DNA of 64,000 nucleotides from a bacterium (GTDB taxonomy: Bacteria; Electryoneota; Electryoneia; Electryoneales; Electryoneaceae). Positions 30,013 to 38,757 of this stretch are shown in pieces (the first letter of the stretch is position 1; each line of letters begins with the position of its first letter). The stretch lies in contig JAIOHU010000287.1 of the NCBI GenBank assembly GCA_019912845.1, positions 8,925 through 72,924 of the forward strand, given 5' to 3'. The notes beneath the pieces were generated by a model. It was not told the DNA's origin. It did not search any database and saw nothing but the letters and a program-made list of their open reading frames with translations. Made by a program: the position numbers and the translations under genes.

Positions 30013-31515
30013 GTGTCAAGCGTGAGTGATGCATCAAGTGGTGAGAAAACGGTCGAAAAACTGGGGTTCATGGATCAACTTCGATCCTTCCCCGGTTCAT
30101 TCTGGACCGCAAACCTTATGGAGATGTTCGAACGTCTGGCGTATTTCGGCGTACGTGCGGTGGTTGGTATCTATATTGTGGATGCTGCAGCCGCAGGTGG
30201 TCTTGAACTCAGCCATGAACAACGTGGGATCATTTTTACATTCTGGGCATTGATTCAAGCCTTGTTGCCCATGTTTACAGGCGGGTTCAGTGATCGTTAT
30301 GGATACAAAAAGAGCCTCTATCTGGCATTCGGAATAAACGCCATTGCTTATGTGTTGATGGGGCTTGCAAATTCGTATGTCTCCTTCTTCGCCGCCGCAT
30401 TACTGCTGGCAACGGGTACTGCGATCTTCAAGCCACCGTTACATGGTACACTTGCTCATACAGTTGATGAACGAAATTCATCGCTGGGATGGGGAGTATT
30501 CTATCAGCTGGTCAATATCGGCGGATTCCTGGGACCAATTATCGCTGCTAAGATGCGTCTCATTACCTGGGAATATGTCTTTTTTGCTTCAGCGATTATC
30601 ATCGTCATCAACTTCATCCCCACCATCTTTATCTTCAAAGACTATTCTGAAGATGTTCGTCGCATGAAAAAAGAGAAGGGAGAAGCAGAGAAAAGTGCTT
30701 TCGCCACATTCGGCGACAGCATGAGCACCCTTATTAAAGACCCGAAGTTTATGGTATTCCTCCTGATCTTCAGTGGTTTCTGGCTCATGTTCATGCAGTT
30801 ATTTGATACATTCCCGATTTTCATCGATGAATGGGTTGATTCACGAGGTCTAGTTGCTGCAACTGGTATCGCAGCCGACCGTCACGGCAACATTCCCCCG
30901 GAAATGATGATTAATCTCGATGCCGGAGCGATTGTCATTCTCATGCCCCTGATCGGATACCTGACAGGGAAATTCAAACCGGTAGTCATGATGGTGCTGG
31001 GGATGTTCATCTCAACTCTTGCCCTGGTCTTCACCGGTATGATGAACACTGGTCTACTGGTTCTGGTTGGTATTTTTGCTTTTGCAGTCGGTGAAATGGT
31101 CTGCAGCCCCAAGTTCAGTGAATATATCGGCTTGATGGCACCTCCTGAGAAAAAGGCACTCTACCTCGGTTACAGCAACATTCCATTTGCGATTGGCTGG
31201 ACACTTGCTGGCTGGTTATCTGGCGTTACTTATGGACGTTTCAGCGACAAATATGAATTCGCTCGTTTGCACCTGGTGGATGAACTTGGGATGGATCCAA
31301 ATGTAGTTGCCAATTTGAGCAGAGAGGATGTGCTGCCTACCCTGGCATCCAAACTCAATATGGACGTCTTTGGAGCTACAAATGTTCTATGGGACAAATA
31401 CGATCCCTGGGTTACCTGGTGGATTTTTGGTGCGATTGGTTTGCTCGCCTCCATCGCCATGCTGATTTATCACTTCTGGCTGGAAGCGGATAAAAAGAAA
31501 CAAGCAGCAATTTGA
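30013..31515 (+). CDS. Proton-dependent oligopeptide transporter (POT/PTR2 family, MFS)
   Basis: The PTR2 signature ..ANLMEMFERLAYFGVRAVVGIY.. (ExxERFxYYG-like) is present, with 12-14 TM helices over 500 aa. A GTG start at 30013 is preceded by AGGGAG. An alternative GTG lies at 30022. Confidence 0.75.
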   Translation: MSSVSDASSGEKTVEKLGFMDQLRSFPGSFWTANLMEMFERLAYFGVRAVVGIYIVDAAAAGGLELSHEQRGIIFTFWALIQALLPMFTGGFSDRYGYKKSLYLAFGINAIAYVLMGLANSYVSFFAAALLLATGTAIFKPPLHGTLAHTVDERNSSLGWGVFYQLVNIGGFLGPIIAAKMRLITWEYVFFASAIIIVINFIPTIFIFKDYSEDVRRMKKEKGEAEKSAFATFGDSMSTLIKDPKFMVFLLIFSGFWLMFMQLFDTFPIFIDEWVDSRGLVAATGIAADRHGNIPPEMMINLDAGAIVILMPLIGYLTGKFKPVVMMVLGMFISTLALVFTGMMNTGLLVLVGIFAFAVGEMVCSPKFSEYIGLMAPPEKKALYLGYSNIPFAIGWTLAGWLSGVTYGRFSDKYEFARLHLVDELGMDPNVVANLSREDVLPTLASKLNMDVFGATNVLWDKYDPWVTWWIFGAIGLLASIAMLIYHFWLEADKKKQAAI

Positions 31516-31542
31516 AAGCCTGTTTGGTATAGATTGATCTTT

Positions 31543-31584
31543 AAGAGCTGCCTTCACATCTGGAGGCAGCTTTATTGTTTTATC
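31543..31584. terminator. Bidirectional hairpin terminator between the convergent POT and Mut7-C genes
   Basis: AGCTGCCT (31546-31553) pairs with AGGCAGCT (31564-31571) around a 10-nt loop, extendable by A-T/G-T pairs. TTTATTGTTTTAT follows on the plus strand. Confidence 0.5.
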
Positions 31585-32318
31585 CCAAAACCTTCAATCA
31601 CTTCCAGCATACGATCCACATGTGATCCATGCCAATAGATTTTTTCACATTGCGGACAGTATTTGATTGACTCAGAATTTTTTGATAGTTTCGCAATAAT
31701 ATCCTTGGGAGCTTGTTCATAAATCTCTGTCTCTGAAGCTGTTCGTAGAAGTTCATTGCAAAGCATGCAGCGAGTAAATGGTTTTGACTGTTCACGTAAA
31801 CAGTACCGTTCAACAATCTCATCTAATTGATCTAAAGGATCTCTGTTTCTTACAACCCGACCCCATTTTAATCTTTTATTCATAAGTAATTTACGATCAC
31901 AACTTAGTAGAATCCGATTTTCAGTGAGCGCGATTTCCAGAAGATGATCATCCCCGGGGTCAACCGATTCATACCAGGTGTCGAATCCCAACAGTCTTAG
32001 ATAACCAGCTAGTTTTCCCAGGTGCACATCCACAGTAAACCGTATAGGTGTTTCGATTTCTGGCACTAAAGAGCTAATCCCGATTTTGTAACCTTGAGGG
32101 TAAGCTGCAACTCGATCCTCAGCATGGAGGCGATCTCCCATGTACGATTCATCTCCATTCACCAGCAGAAACGCAACTTCAGGGTGAGGAATACCGACTT
32201 GCTCGATTGCATCTTTTGCTGAAGTATTGATATGGACTGATAGTGGAAAGGTTTGCTGTCGTTTATCCTTAGGCAGTAGATCATTCAGTTCGCCATACAC
32301 CCTTAGAAATACCTGCAT
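31572..32318 (-). CDS. Mut7-C RNase-domain protein (DUF82/PIN-like with an N-terminal ubiquitin-like Mut7-C segment and a C-terminal Zn-ribbon)
   Basis: Family blocks ..HLGKLAGYLRLLGFDTWYESVD.. and ..ILLSCDRKLL.. are present, with the C-terminal zinc ribbon ..CMLCNELL..CPQCEKIYWHGSHVDRM... The start was set at the internal Met (MQVFLRVYGELNDLLP), which reduces the overlap with engB to 12 nt. Confidence 0.65.
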   Translation of the reverse strand: MQVFLRVYGELNDLLPKDKRQQTFPLSVHINTSAKDAIEQVGIPHPEVAFLLVNGDESYMGDRLHAEDRVAAYPQGYKIGISSLVPEIETPIRFTVDVHLGKLAGYLRLLGFDTWYESVDPGDDHLLEIALTENRILLSCDRKLLMNKRLKWGRVVRNRDPLDQLDEIVERYCLREQSKPFTRCMLCNELLRTASETEIYEQAPKDIIAKLSKNSESIKYCPQCEKIYWHGSHVDRMLEVIEGFGIKQ

Positions 32319-32328
32319 AACAAACCTC

Positions 32329-32922
32329 TTATACACCTGCCTGGTAAATATCTTCCTGCCACCAAGCCAGCATCTGGGTACGAAGTTGATCGAGTCCAAT
32401 TTTTTTCACTGCGCTGACCTGATAAATTTCCATCTCACCCTCTATCTCCTTTTCGACTTCCTGTCTGGCTTTTATCTGCTGGCTTTTAGAGAGTTTGTCT
32501 GCCTTGGTGAGGATTATTACGGGACGTACCTTTTCCAATCCTGTCCACGCGATTAATTCACGATCCAGGTCGGTTAATCCACGTCGGATATCCACAAGAA
32601 TAAGCAGACAGCGGAGGTTACCATGACCACTTAAAAAATCTGTGATCTCCTGTCGCCAGTTTGTACGCATGGCAACTCCCACTTTCGCAAAACCATAGCC
32701 AGGCAGGTCAACAAGGTCAAATCGTTCGTTGATCAGAAAACGTTGTACTTTACGAGTGCGCCCTGGTGTTTTCGAGGTTAAAGCAATCTTTTTCCCAACC
32801 AATGTATTTATCAGGGTAGATTTGCCACAATTGGATCGTCCCGCAACTGCGATGGTCGCACGTGGGGTTCCTTTATAAACCGATGGCATCTTACGGATTG
32901 ATTTAATTTCCCACTTTTTCAT
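32329..32922 (-). CDS. engB: Ribosome-biogenesis GTPase EngB/YsxC (YihA)
   Basis: The G1 motif GRSNCGKSTLINTL, G2/switch ..TPGRTR.., G3 ..DLPGYGFAKV.. and G4 ..LTKADKL.. are all present. The length is 197 aa. Confidence 0.85.
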   Translation of the reverse strand: MKKWEIKSIRKMPSVYKGTPRATIAVAGRSNCGKSTLINTLVGKKIALTSKTPGRTRKVQRFLINERFDLVDLPGYGFAKVGVAMRTNWRQEITDFLSGHGNLRCLLILVDIRRGLTDLDRELIAWTGLEKVRPVIILTKADKLSKSQQIKARQEVEKEIEGEMEIYQVSAVKKIGLDQLRTQMLAWWQEDIYQAGV

Positions 32923-33077
32923 ATTTACGATATCCTGACTTGCTTTATTGACTCACGAATCCACTATTACGTGTAGTATATAACTTTGAGCTTACTGTAA
33001 ATCATACTAGATTGCTAGTGGAGAGAATAATTCATTGTACGTCTGCCTGCAATGCACTGGCAAATTCTGGAGGGAAC

Positions 33078-36000
33078 ATGCGTTTTCTAAAACATGGTGC
33101 AGGGATAAGTCTATTACTCTTATCACTCACCTGTTCGCTTTTTGCACAAACAACCACAAATCGTGACGCTTTGCTGATACTCAGTGATGAATATACACAA
33201 CTATTTGAATCACAACGAGGCGCTGAGTATGAGGCTCTTATTAATACAGCTACAGGTCCAATCGCCAGGTTGAATCGTAGTGATAATATTGAATTGATGG
33301 GTATCGATGAAACCGGTCGTCTACTTTATTTCGGGATGAACAATCTTGTTGCTGCACAATCATTAAGCACCGATGAAGTGTGGCCAGGTGGTCAATCTGG
33401 ATATGATATTGATGGAACCAACACCGGTTTCGGTGAACTTGCTGAATGGGATGGTGGTGGAGTATTAACCACACATCAGGAGTTCAATAATTTTGTCGTT
33501 CAGATGGACAACCCAGCCGATGTTCACAGTCATTCGACCCATGTCGCTGGCACAATGATTGGACGAGGGGTCAATCCGAGCGCAAGGGGTATGAGCAACG
33601 GCGCATGGCTGACTGCGTACGATTGGAACAATGATACCGGTGAAATGGCTGGAGCTGCTGCCGAAGGCACAAAAGTTTCGAATCATTCCTATGGTGCGGT
33701 TGCCGGCTGGCACTACGACGCTGGCGATTGGTATTGGTTCGGCGATATGGGCGTGGATGAAGAAGAAGATTATCAGCTCGGACGTTATACAAGTGAAGCT
33801 CGCCGTTACGATGAGATTATGTTCAACGCCCCCTATTATACTATCTGCAAATCTGCCGGCAATGACCGCGGAGATGGCCCAAATCAGCAACCAATAATGC
33901 ATTACGTGATGCAGGGGCAAAATTGGGTTGAGAGCACTCAGTTTCACGAAAGAGAAGGTGGTGCTGATGGATTTGACAGCGTTCCACATGCTGGAAACGC
34001 GAAAAACATCATCACAGTTGGTGCTGTAAATGATGTCGACAATGGTTACAATGGTCCTGGAAGTGTCAGTATGAGTTCGTTCAGTTGCTGGGGACCAACC
34101 GATGATGGACGTATCAAGCCAGACCTCGTTGCCAACGGTATCCAGTTGATTTCGTCTGTTGCTTCTGACGATGACGCCTACGCTTCCTATTCGGGAACTT
34201 CGATGGCAAGCCCGAATCTCGCCGGTTCGATGAATCTGGTGATTCAATATTACAAGCAGACCCACGATGGCGAGGCTCCGCTTTCCGCCACAGCAAAAGG
34301 GTTGCTGATCCACACAGCTGATGAATGTGGTCCACATGATGGTCCTGATTACATGTTCGGCTGGGGATTAATGAACACCTGGCATGCCTGTGATGTAATC
34401 GCAGAGGATGTCGATCTCTTTTTCCCGATCCAGGAACGTATTCTCGAAGATCAACAGGAAGACCATTATTTCTATGTCAGCGATGGTGACGAACCCATTA
34501 CAATTACCATTTGCTGGACAGATCGTCCCGGAAATCAAGCACCCAGAGAGATTAATCCGGATGATTATTTTGCACTAATGAACGATCTGGATGTCCGTCT
34601 ATACCACGTTGAAGAAGAGCAGATGTATTTCCCCTATATCCTCAATCCTGACAACCCATCTGCTGCTGCAACTACAGGAGATAATTTCAGGGATAATGTG
34701 GAAAAAATCTACCTGGAGAATCCAGAGCCAGGCACCTATCGTGTGGATGTAACCCACAAAGATGAGCTGACATTTAATTTACCCCAAGCCTACAGCATTA
34801 TCACAACTGGTGTGATCTGGGAGGATGACCCACGAGTTTCTCCGGATAATCTTTCCGCAACACTTGATGACGCTTCCGGCGCAGTTAACCTGAGCTGGGA
34901 ACTGGAAGAGGAAAACCCGGGATTCATTGAATTTGTCATTTATAGAGATGGTGATGAGATCGAAAGAACCACCGACCTTGAATATTCAGACAACCTTGTC
35001 GATTTTGGAAAGTATGTATATGCAGTAACTTCCGTATGGGATGCCGGAGAGTCAACGCCTTCTGATCCCGTAGCCGTAAACTGGTATGAACCAGTAGCCC
35101 CCCGTTTCCTGAATGTCACCTCGTATGATACACTTTCCGGTGCACTATCATTCAGTTGGAAGCATTTACGTGATCGCGAGCTGAAATTTGATGATGGCAG
35201 TGCTGAGGACACCAGAAGATTTAACCTTGCTGGTGGCATCTTCGCTGTACGTTTTAGTGTAGAAAAGGAAGGACAACCGACTGAAGTAGGTGCTGAGTTT
35301 GGCGGTGAAGTTGAAAATTACGGCGAGATGACCTGGCTGATCTATGCTGCTGGTGACGATAGCCTTCATCCGGGTGAGCTGTTATATGAAGGTGATAATT
35401 TTGTCCCACAAAACAGTGGTTGGGAGTGGAAAAAAGTCGGCGATACGGTTTCTGAGATGGTACCTGGTGATGAGTACTGGGTTGGATTACGTTGGAATCA
35501 AGCGAACCGGACAGATGTTGGCTGGGACACCGAAGGTGAGCAGTATATGCGTGGTAGCTTCTCGCCGGATGGTGAAACCTGGAGTGGGCTGCAAGGTCCC
35601 CTGCGTGGAAACCCAATGATTCGCACAAAGTACGGTGAGGTTGAAAACTTTGGCGACGAAATAGACGAATTGTTCGACTATCAGGTCTATCGCAATGATG
35701 AGTTGCTGGCGAACACACAGGAAAGTCTGTTTGATGATGTACTACCTGATATGGGTGAGTATCGCTATACTGTGCATGCGTTGTACGATCAAGGCGAAGC
35801 GATAAGTAATCCCCTTATTGTCAACGGTGGCGAGACTTCTGTTTCTGAATCATTGCAGCCCGCAACGTTTGTGATTGGCAAAGCCTATCCAAATCCGTTT
35901 AATCCAACAGTGAGTGTCGAGGTATCACTTCGGGTGGCAGGAACCTTGCATGCAGTAGTTTATGATCTTCTTGGACGTGAAGTTGCTGTTCTCGCAACAG

Positions 36001-36125
36001 GTATTTCAAAATCTGGCGTTCATACGATCAGTTGGGATGGAGCTGGATACAGCGCGGGAATGTATTTTCTCAGCATTCAAGCTGGATCAGTTCACAATAT
36101 TCAAAAATTGATTTTGATGAAATAG
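33078..36125 (+). CDS. Subtilisin-like serine peptidase (S8 family) with a T9SS C-terminal sorting domain
   Basis: The signal peptide is MRFLKHGAGISLLLLSLTCSLFAQ, with GGAGGG 5 nt upstream. The catalytic His block HSTHVAGTMIG and Ser block GTSMASPNLAGS are present. The C-terminus is ..YPNPFNPTVSVEVSL..VVYDLLGREV..GMYFLSIQ..KLILMK. Confidence 0.8.
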   Translation: MRFLKHGAGISLLLLSLTCSLFAQTTTNRDALLILSDEYTQLFESQRGAEYEALINTATGPIARLNRSDNIELMGIDETGRLLYFGMNNLVAAQSLSTDEVWPGGQSGYDIDGTNTGFGELAEWDGGGVLTTHQEFNNFVVQMDNPADVHSHSTHVAGTMIGRGVNPSARGMSNGAWLTAYDWNNDTGEMAGAAAEGTKVSNHSYGAVAGWHYDAGDWYWFGDMGVDEEEDYQLGRYTSEARRYDEIMFNAPYYTICKSAGNDRGDGPNQQPIMHYVMQGQNWVESTQFHEREGGADGFDSVPHAGNAKNIITVGAVNDVDNGYNGPGSVSMSSFSCWGPTDDGRIKPDLVANGIQLISSVASDDDAYASYSGTSMASPNLAGSMNLVIQYYKQTHDGEAPLSATAKGLLIHTADECGPHDGPDYMFGWGLMNTWHACDVIAEDVDLFFPIQERILEDQQEDHYFYVSDGDEPITITICWTDRPGNQAPREINPDDYFALMNDLDVRLYHVEEEQMYFPYILNPDNPSAAATTGDNFRDNVEKIYLENPEPGTYRVDVTHKDELTFNLPQAYSIITTGVIWEDDPRVSPDNLSATLDDASGAVNLSWELEEENPGFIEFVIYRDGDEIERTTDLEYSDNLVDFGKYVYAVTSVWDAGESTPSDPVAVNWYEPVAPRFLNVTSYDTLSGALSFSWKHLRDRELKFDDGSAEDTRRFNLAGGIFAVRFSVEKEGQPTEVGAEFGGEVENYGEMTWLIYAAGDDSLHPGELLYEGDNFVPQNSGWEWKKVGDTVSEMVPGDEYWVGLRWNQANRTDVGWDTEGEQYMRGSFSPDGETWSGLQGPLRGNPMIRTKYGEVENFGDEIDELFDYQVYRNDELLANTQESLFDDVLPDMGEYRYTVHALYDQGEAISNPLIVNGGETSVSESLQPATFVIGKAYPNPFNPTVSVEVSLRVAGTLHAVVYDLLGREVAVLATGISKSGVHTISWDGAGYSAGMYFLSIQAGSVHNIQKLILMK

Positions 36126-36160
36126 AACTACGATTTATCTCGTTCGTAGAGCAGGTGATC

Positions 36161-36190
36161 TTTCCGCAACATCTTCGGATGTTGCGGAAC
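36161..36190. terminator. Perfect 30-bp palindromic hairpin with a UUCG tetraloop (terminator family member)
   Basis: TTTCCGCAACATC-TTCG-GATGTTGCGGAAC. It lies 36 nt after the S8 gene stop and before the next gene. An identical 30-mer occurs at 56368-56397. Confidence 0.45.
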
Positions 36191-36247
36191 TGTTATAGTC
36201 GCTATCTCTACGGTTATAATTTTTTTTTCGCGAAGTCAACATAGCTT

Positions 36248-38398
36248 ATGCCATCTGATTCTGTAAATAAGACTGAGAAAACTGATCAACCTCGCACGAA
36301 TCACTTTGCGCCCATGATCGAAGTCGGACGTGTATGCCTCGCTTCTTATGGTATCATGGCATTTGTGAACCATCCTCTCCCTGCGCTGCTCATATTTCTG
36401 GCGACATTTTACCATCCTGTGATCGGTCTGATGGGTTTGCTGGGTAGCTTAATCTCAACTCTGACCGCACGTTGGGTGGGTGCACACCCCGCTGCCTGGC
36501 GTAGTGGAGTGCATGGTGTCAGTGGTATGTTGATCGGGTTGGCAATCGGGATGTACGCCCAGATCGAGATCAAAACGATTCTCTTCACGATCATCGGCAC
36601 CGCTTCTGTAGGAGTGATCAGTACACTCCTGGGAGCCACCCTCGCAAAACATGATCTTCCGATTCTAAGCCTTCCCTTTATGTTGATGATTTATCCAGTG
36701 CTGATTTCTGTCGGCGTGGAACATATCGATAGTCAAAGTTATCCTGCGATCGCTTTTTTACGTGATATTGATGTCTGGCTCTTCAGTGTGCTGCCATTGA
36801 GTCTATTTGAATTTATCAAAATGTTCGGAAATATTCTGTTCCAGGAAAACTTGATTTCCGGGGTTCTGGTGCTGCTTGGAATTGGTCTGTGGTCACGTAT
36901 CTCGCTTGGTTATGCGCTGTGGGGTGGGCTTCTCGGACTGGGAACATACTATTTTCTACATGGCTCGCTGGATGGATTTCATGGTTTGAATTATGTACTG
37001 ACAGCATTGGCTTTTGGTGGCTTTTTCCTCGTCGCCAACCATAACGCCTTTTATTTTGCTTCTCTGGCGATTGTAACGGTTGGTCTGGTGGACTATGCGG
37101 CATTTCAATTCCTGAATCCCGAAACAACGCTATCTTTATCAAACCTTCCTTCCGCCATTCGTACTTCCACGCAAGCTGAAAAGATACCCACGCTTGTTTT
37201 CGCATTTAATGTTGTCACCCTTGCCTATCTATTTCCGCTGAAAATAGCACAACTCAATCGTCAAAGATCGAAATTGGTTCCCGTCCCCTTGGAGCTGATA
37301 AAGAATCCAGAAACAAACATCCGTCTCGCTCGACGATGGGAACAGAATAAGTACATCCAGAAAACCCGCCTCTCCTTTCCATTCCTGGGAAGCTGGGTGG
37401 TTTTTCAGGGTCACAATGGCGAGTGGACTCATAAGGCGAAGGGAAAATATGCCTGGGATTTTGTCGTGGAAGATGAACAGGGGCAAATGTACCGTAACGC
37501 CGGATTGAATATTGAGGACTATTACTGTTTCGGGCTTCCTGTATTTGCACCAGCCCCAGGTACGATTGTACGACTTGAATCCGATGTTGAAGACAATCCG
37601 CCAGGAACAGCGGTCACAGAACGTAACTGGGGGAACTATGTCATCATCGACCATGGCAACGGCGAATTTTCCGAAATCAGCCACTTCAAGAAGGGATCTA
37701 TTACGGTCGGGTTGGGAGCCGTGATTCAACGTGGGCAGTTGCTGGGATACTGCGGAAATTCCGGCAGGTCGCCTGTTCCGCATATTCATTTTCAATTACA
37801 GGATGCAGTTCGTCCCGGTAGCGAGTCTCTTCCCGCTTGTTTCGCTGAGAGTATTGTCAACAACGAGATTCGCTTGAACACAGTGCCTGAGAAAAATGAT
37901 ATCCTCAGTTCATTGGATATTGACGCTGAAGCTGAATGGGGATTACTGGGACGCGAAGAAGAAATATGGGAATTTTCGGTTCGCTTGGGAATGAGACGAT
38001 TTACGGAAATCCTCTATTTTGTCACCGATGTCTATGGGATGCCCTCAATTGTCAGCAAAAACCAGCATCAGTGGTATATCCTTGATAAGCCGCATTTTGT
38101 GCAACTATCGCCCGACTTCAAAACCTTCCCAACCCTACTTGCGCCTAGTGGCTGGGTGGAATTGATTGGTGACGCACTCTTCCTGCCGAAAACATTGACA
38201 ACAGACCTTCACTGGGAAAATGGAGAAATTCTGGATGAAAAAGGTAAGCATTGGACAATCAAAACAAATGGCAGAAAAATAGTGATCGATGTGGAAAAAA
38301 ATGTTATTCTATCTGCTTCCATCGACAACAAACCCGACTTTGAACTGCGTCTGATCCGTAGGATACTTCCCAATGGTTCAGTTGAAAATATCTCATGA
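36248..38398 (+). CDS. Fusion protein: urea-transporter (UT-family)-like membrane domain + M23 (LytM-type) metallopeptidase domain + C-terminal domain of unknown function
   Basis: The N-terminal ~330 aa are polytopic and carry UT-family-like blocks (..GRVCLASYGIMAFVNHPLPALLIFLATF..; ..GLLGSLISTLTARWVG..; ..GVHGVSGMLIGLAIGMY..). The central part has the M23 motifs ..KGKYAWDFVVED.. and ..GQLLGYCGNSGRSPVPHIHFQLQ.. (the HxH zinc site). About 200 aa of unassigned sequence follow. Confidence 0.55.
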   Translation: MPSDSVNKTEKTDQPRTNHFAPMIEVGRVCLASYGIMAFVNHPLPALLIFLATFYHPVIGLMGLLGSLISTLTARWVGAHPAAWRSGVHGVSGMLIGLAIGMYAQIEIKTILFTIIGTASVGVISTLLGATLAKHDLPILSLPFMLMIYPVLISVGVEHIDSQSYPAIAFLRDIDVWLFSVLPLSLFEFIKMFGNILFQENLISGVLVLLGIGLWSRISLGYALWGGLLGLGTYYFLHGSLDGFHGLNYVLTALAFGGFFLVANHNAFYFASLAIVTVGLVDYAAFQFLNPETTLSLSNLPSAIRTSTQAEKIPTLVFAFNVVTLAYLFPLKIAQLNRQRSKLVPVPLELIKNPETNIRLARRWEQNKYIQKTRLSFPFLGSWVVFQGHNGEWTHKAKGKYAWDFVVEDEQGQMYRNAGLNIEDYYCFGLPVFAPAPGTIVRLESDVEDNPPGTAVTERNWGNYVIIDHGNGEFSEISHFKKGSITVGLGAVIQRGQLLGYCGNSGRSPVPHIHFQLQDAVRPGSESLPACFAESIVNNEIRLNTVPEKNDILSSLDIDAEAEWGLLGREEEIWEFSVRLGMRRFTEILYFVTDVYGMPSIVSKNQHQWYILDKPHFVQLSPDFKTFPTLLAPSGWVELIGDALFLPKTLTTDLHWENGEILDEKGKHWTIKTNGRKIVIDVEKNVILSASIDNKPDFELRLIRRILPNGSVENIS

Positions 38399-38710
38399 AA
38401 AGAGTATGTCAGTTGCTGCTCAACAGCGAAAACAGCTTGATACGCTTTTCATTAAGATACTTTGCATTTCGTTCCGCTAGGGGATCGATTCACTTGGAAT
38501 AGCAGATTGGCTTCGTTTTATCTGCACCTAATAGTTCCATTGCAGGAGTTATTAAACATTGGCAAGTCCAATGCCAACAGTCAAAGCGTGTAATTGGAAC
38601 CTCCAATTGCAGCTCTTCTACCCCTGAAATTTTATATTCTCTCCCATCTATCACTTGTCACTTCTTTATTCTCCTATTATACTATCCTTGATGGTTAATG
38701 TGAAAATTGT

Positions 38711-38726
38711 TGTGACACATTTCACG
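38711..38726 (+). promoter_or_regulatory. CRP/FNR-type palindrome TGTGA-N6-TCACG upstream of the LVIVD-repeat gene
   Basis: TGTGACACATTTCACG matches the TGTGA-N6-TCACA consensus in 15 of 16 positions. It is centred about 40 nt upstream of ATG 38758. This is a single occurrence with no cognate regulator in the window. Confidence 0.25.
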
Positions 38727-38757
38727 AAAATTCGTTTTCTATATGGGGGAAGTTTTC

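Noticed and set aside
33465-34337. 290-aa minus-strand ORF and other long antisense ORFs (35254-35718, 37229-37795, 43094-43567, 53467-53982, 13296-13517)
   Set aside because: Each is fully embedded antisense in a gene with strong motif support (S8 peptidase, M23 fusion, acyltransferase, metal-binding protein, beta-helix protein). None has a signal, domain or ribosome-binding-site evidence. They are treated as spurious.
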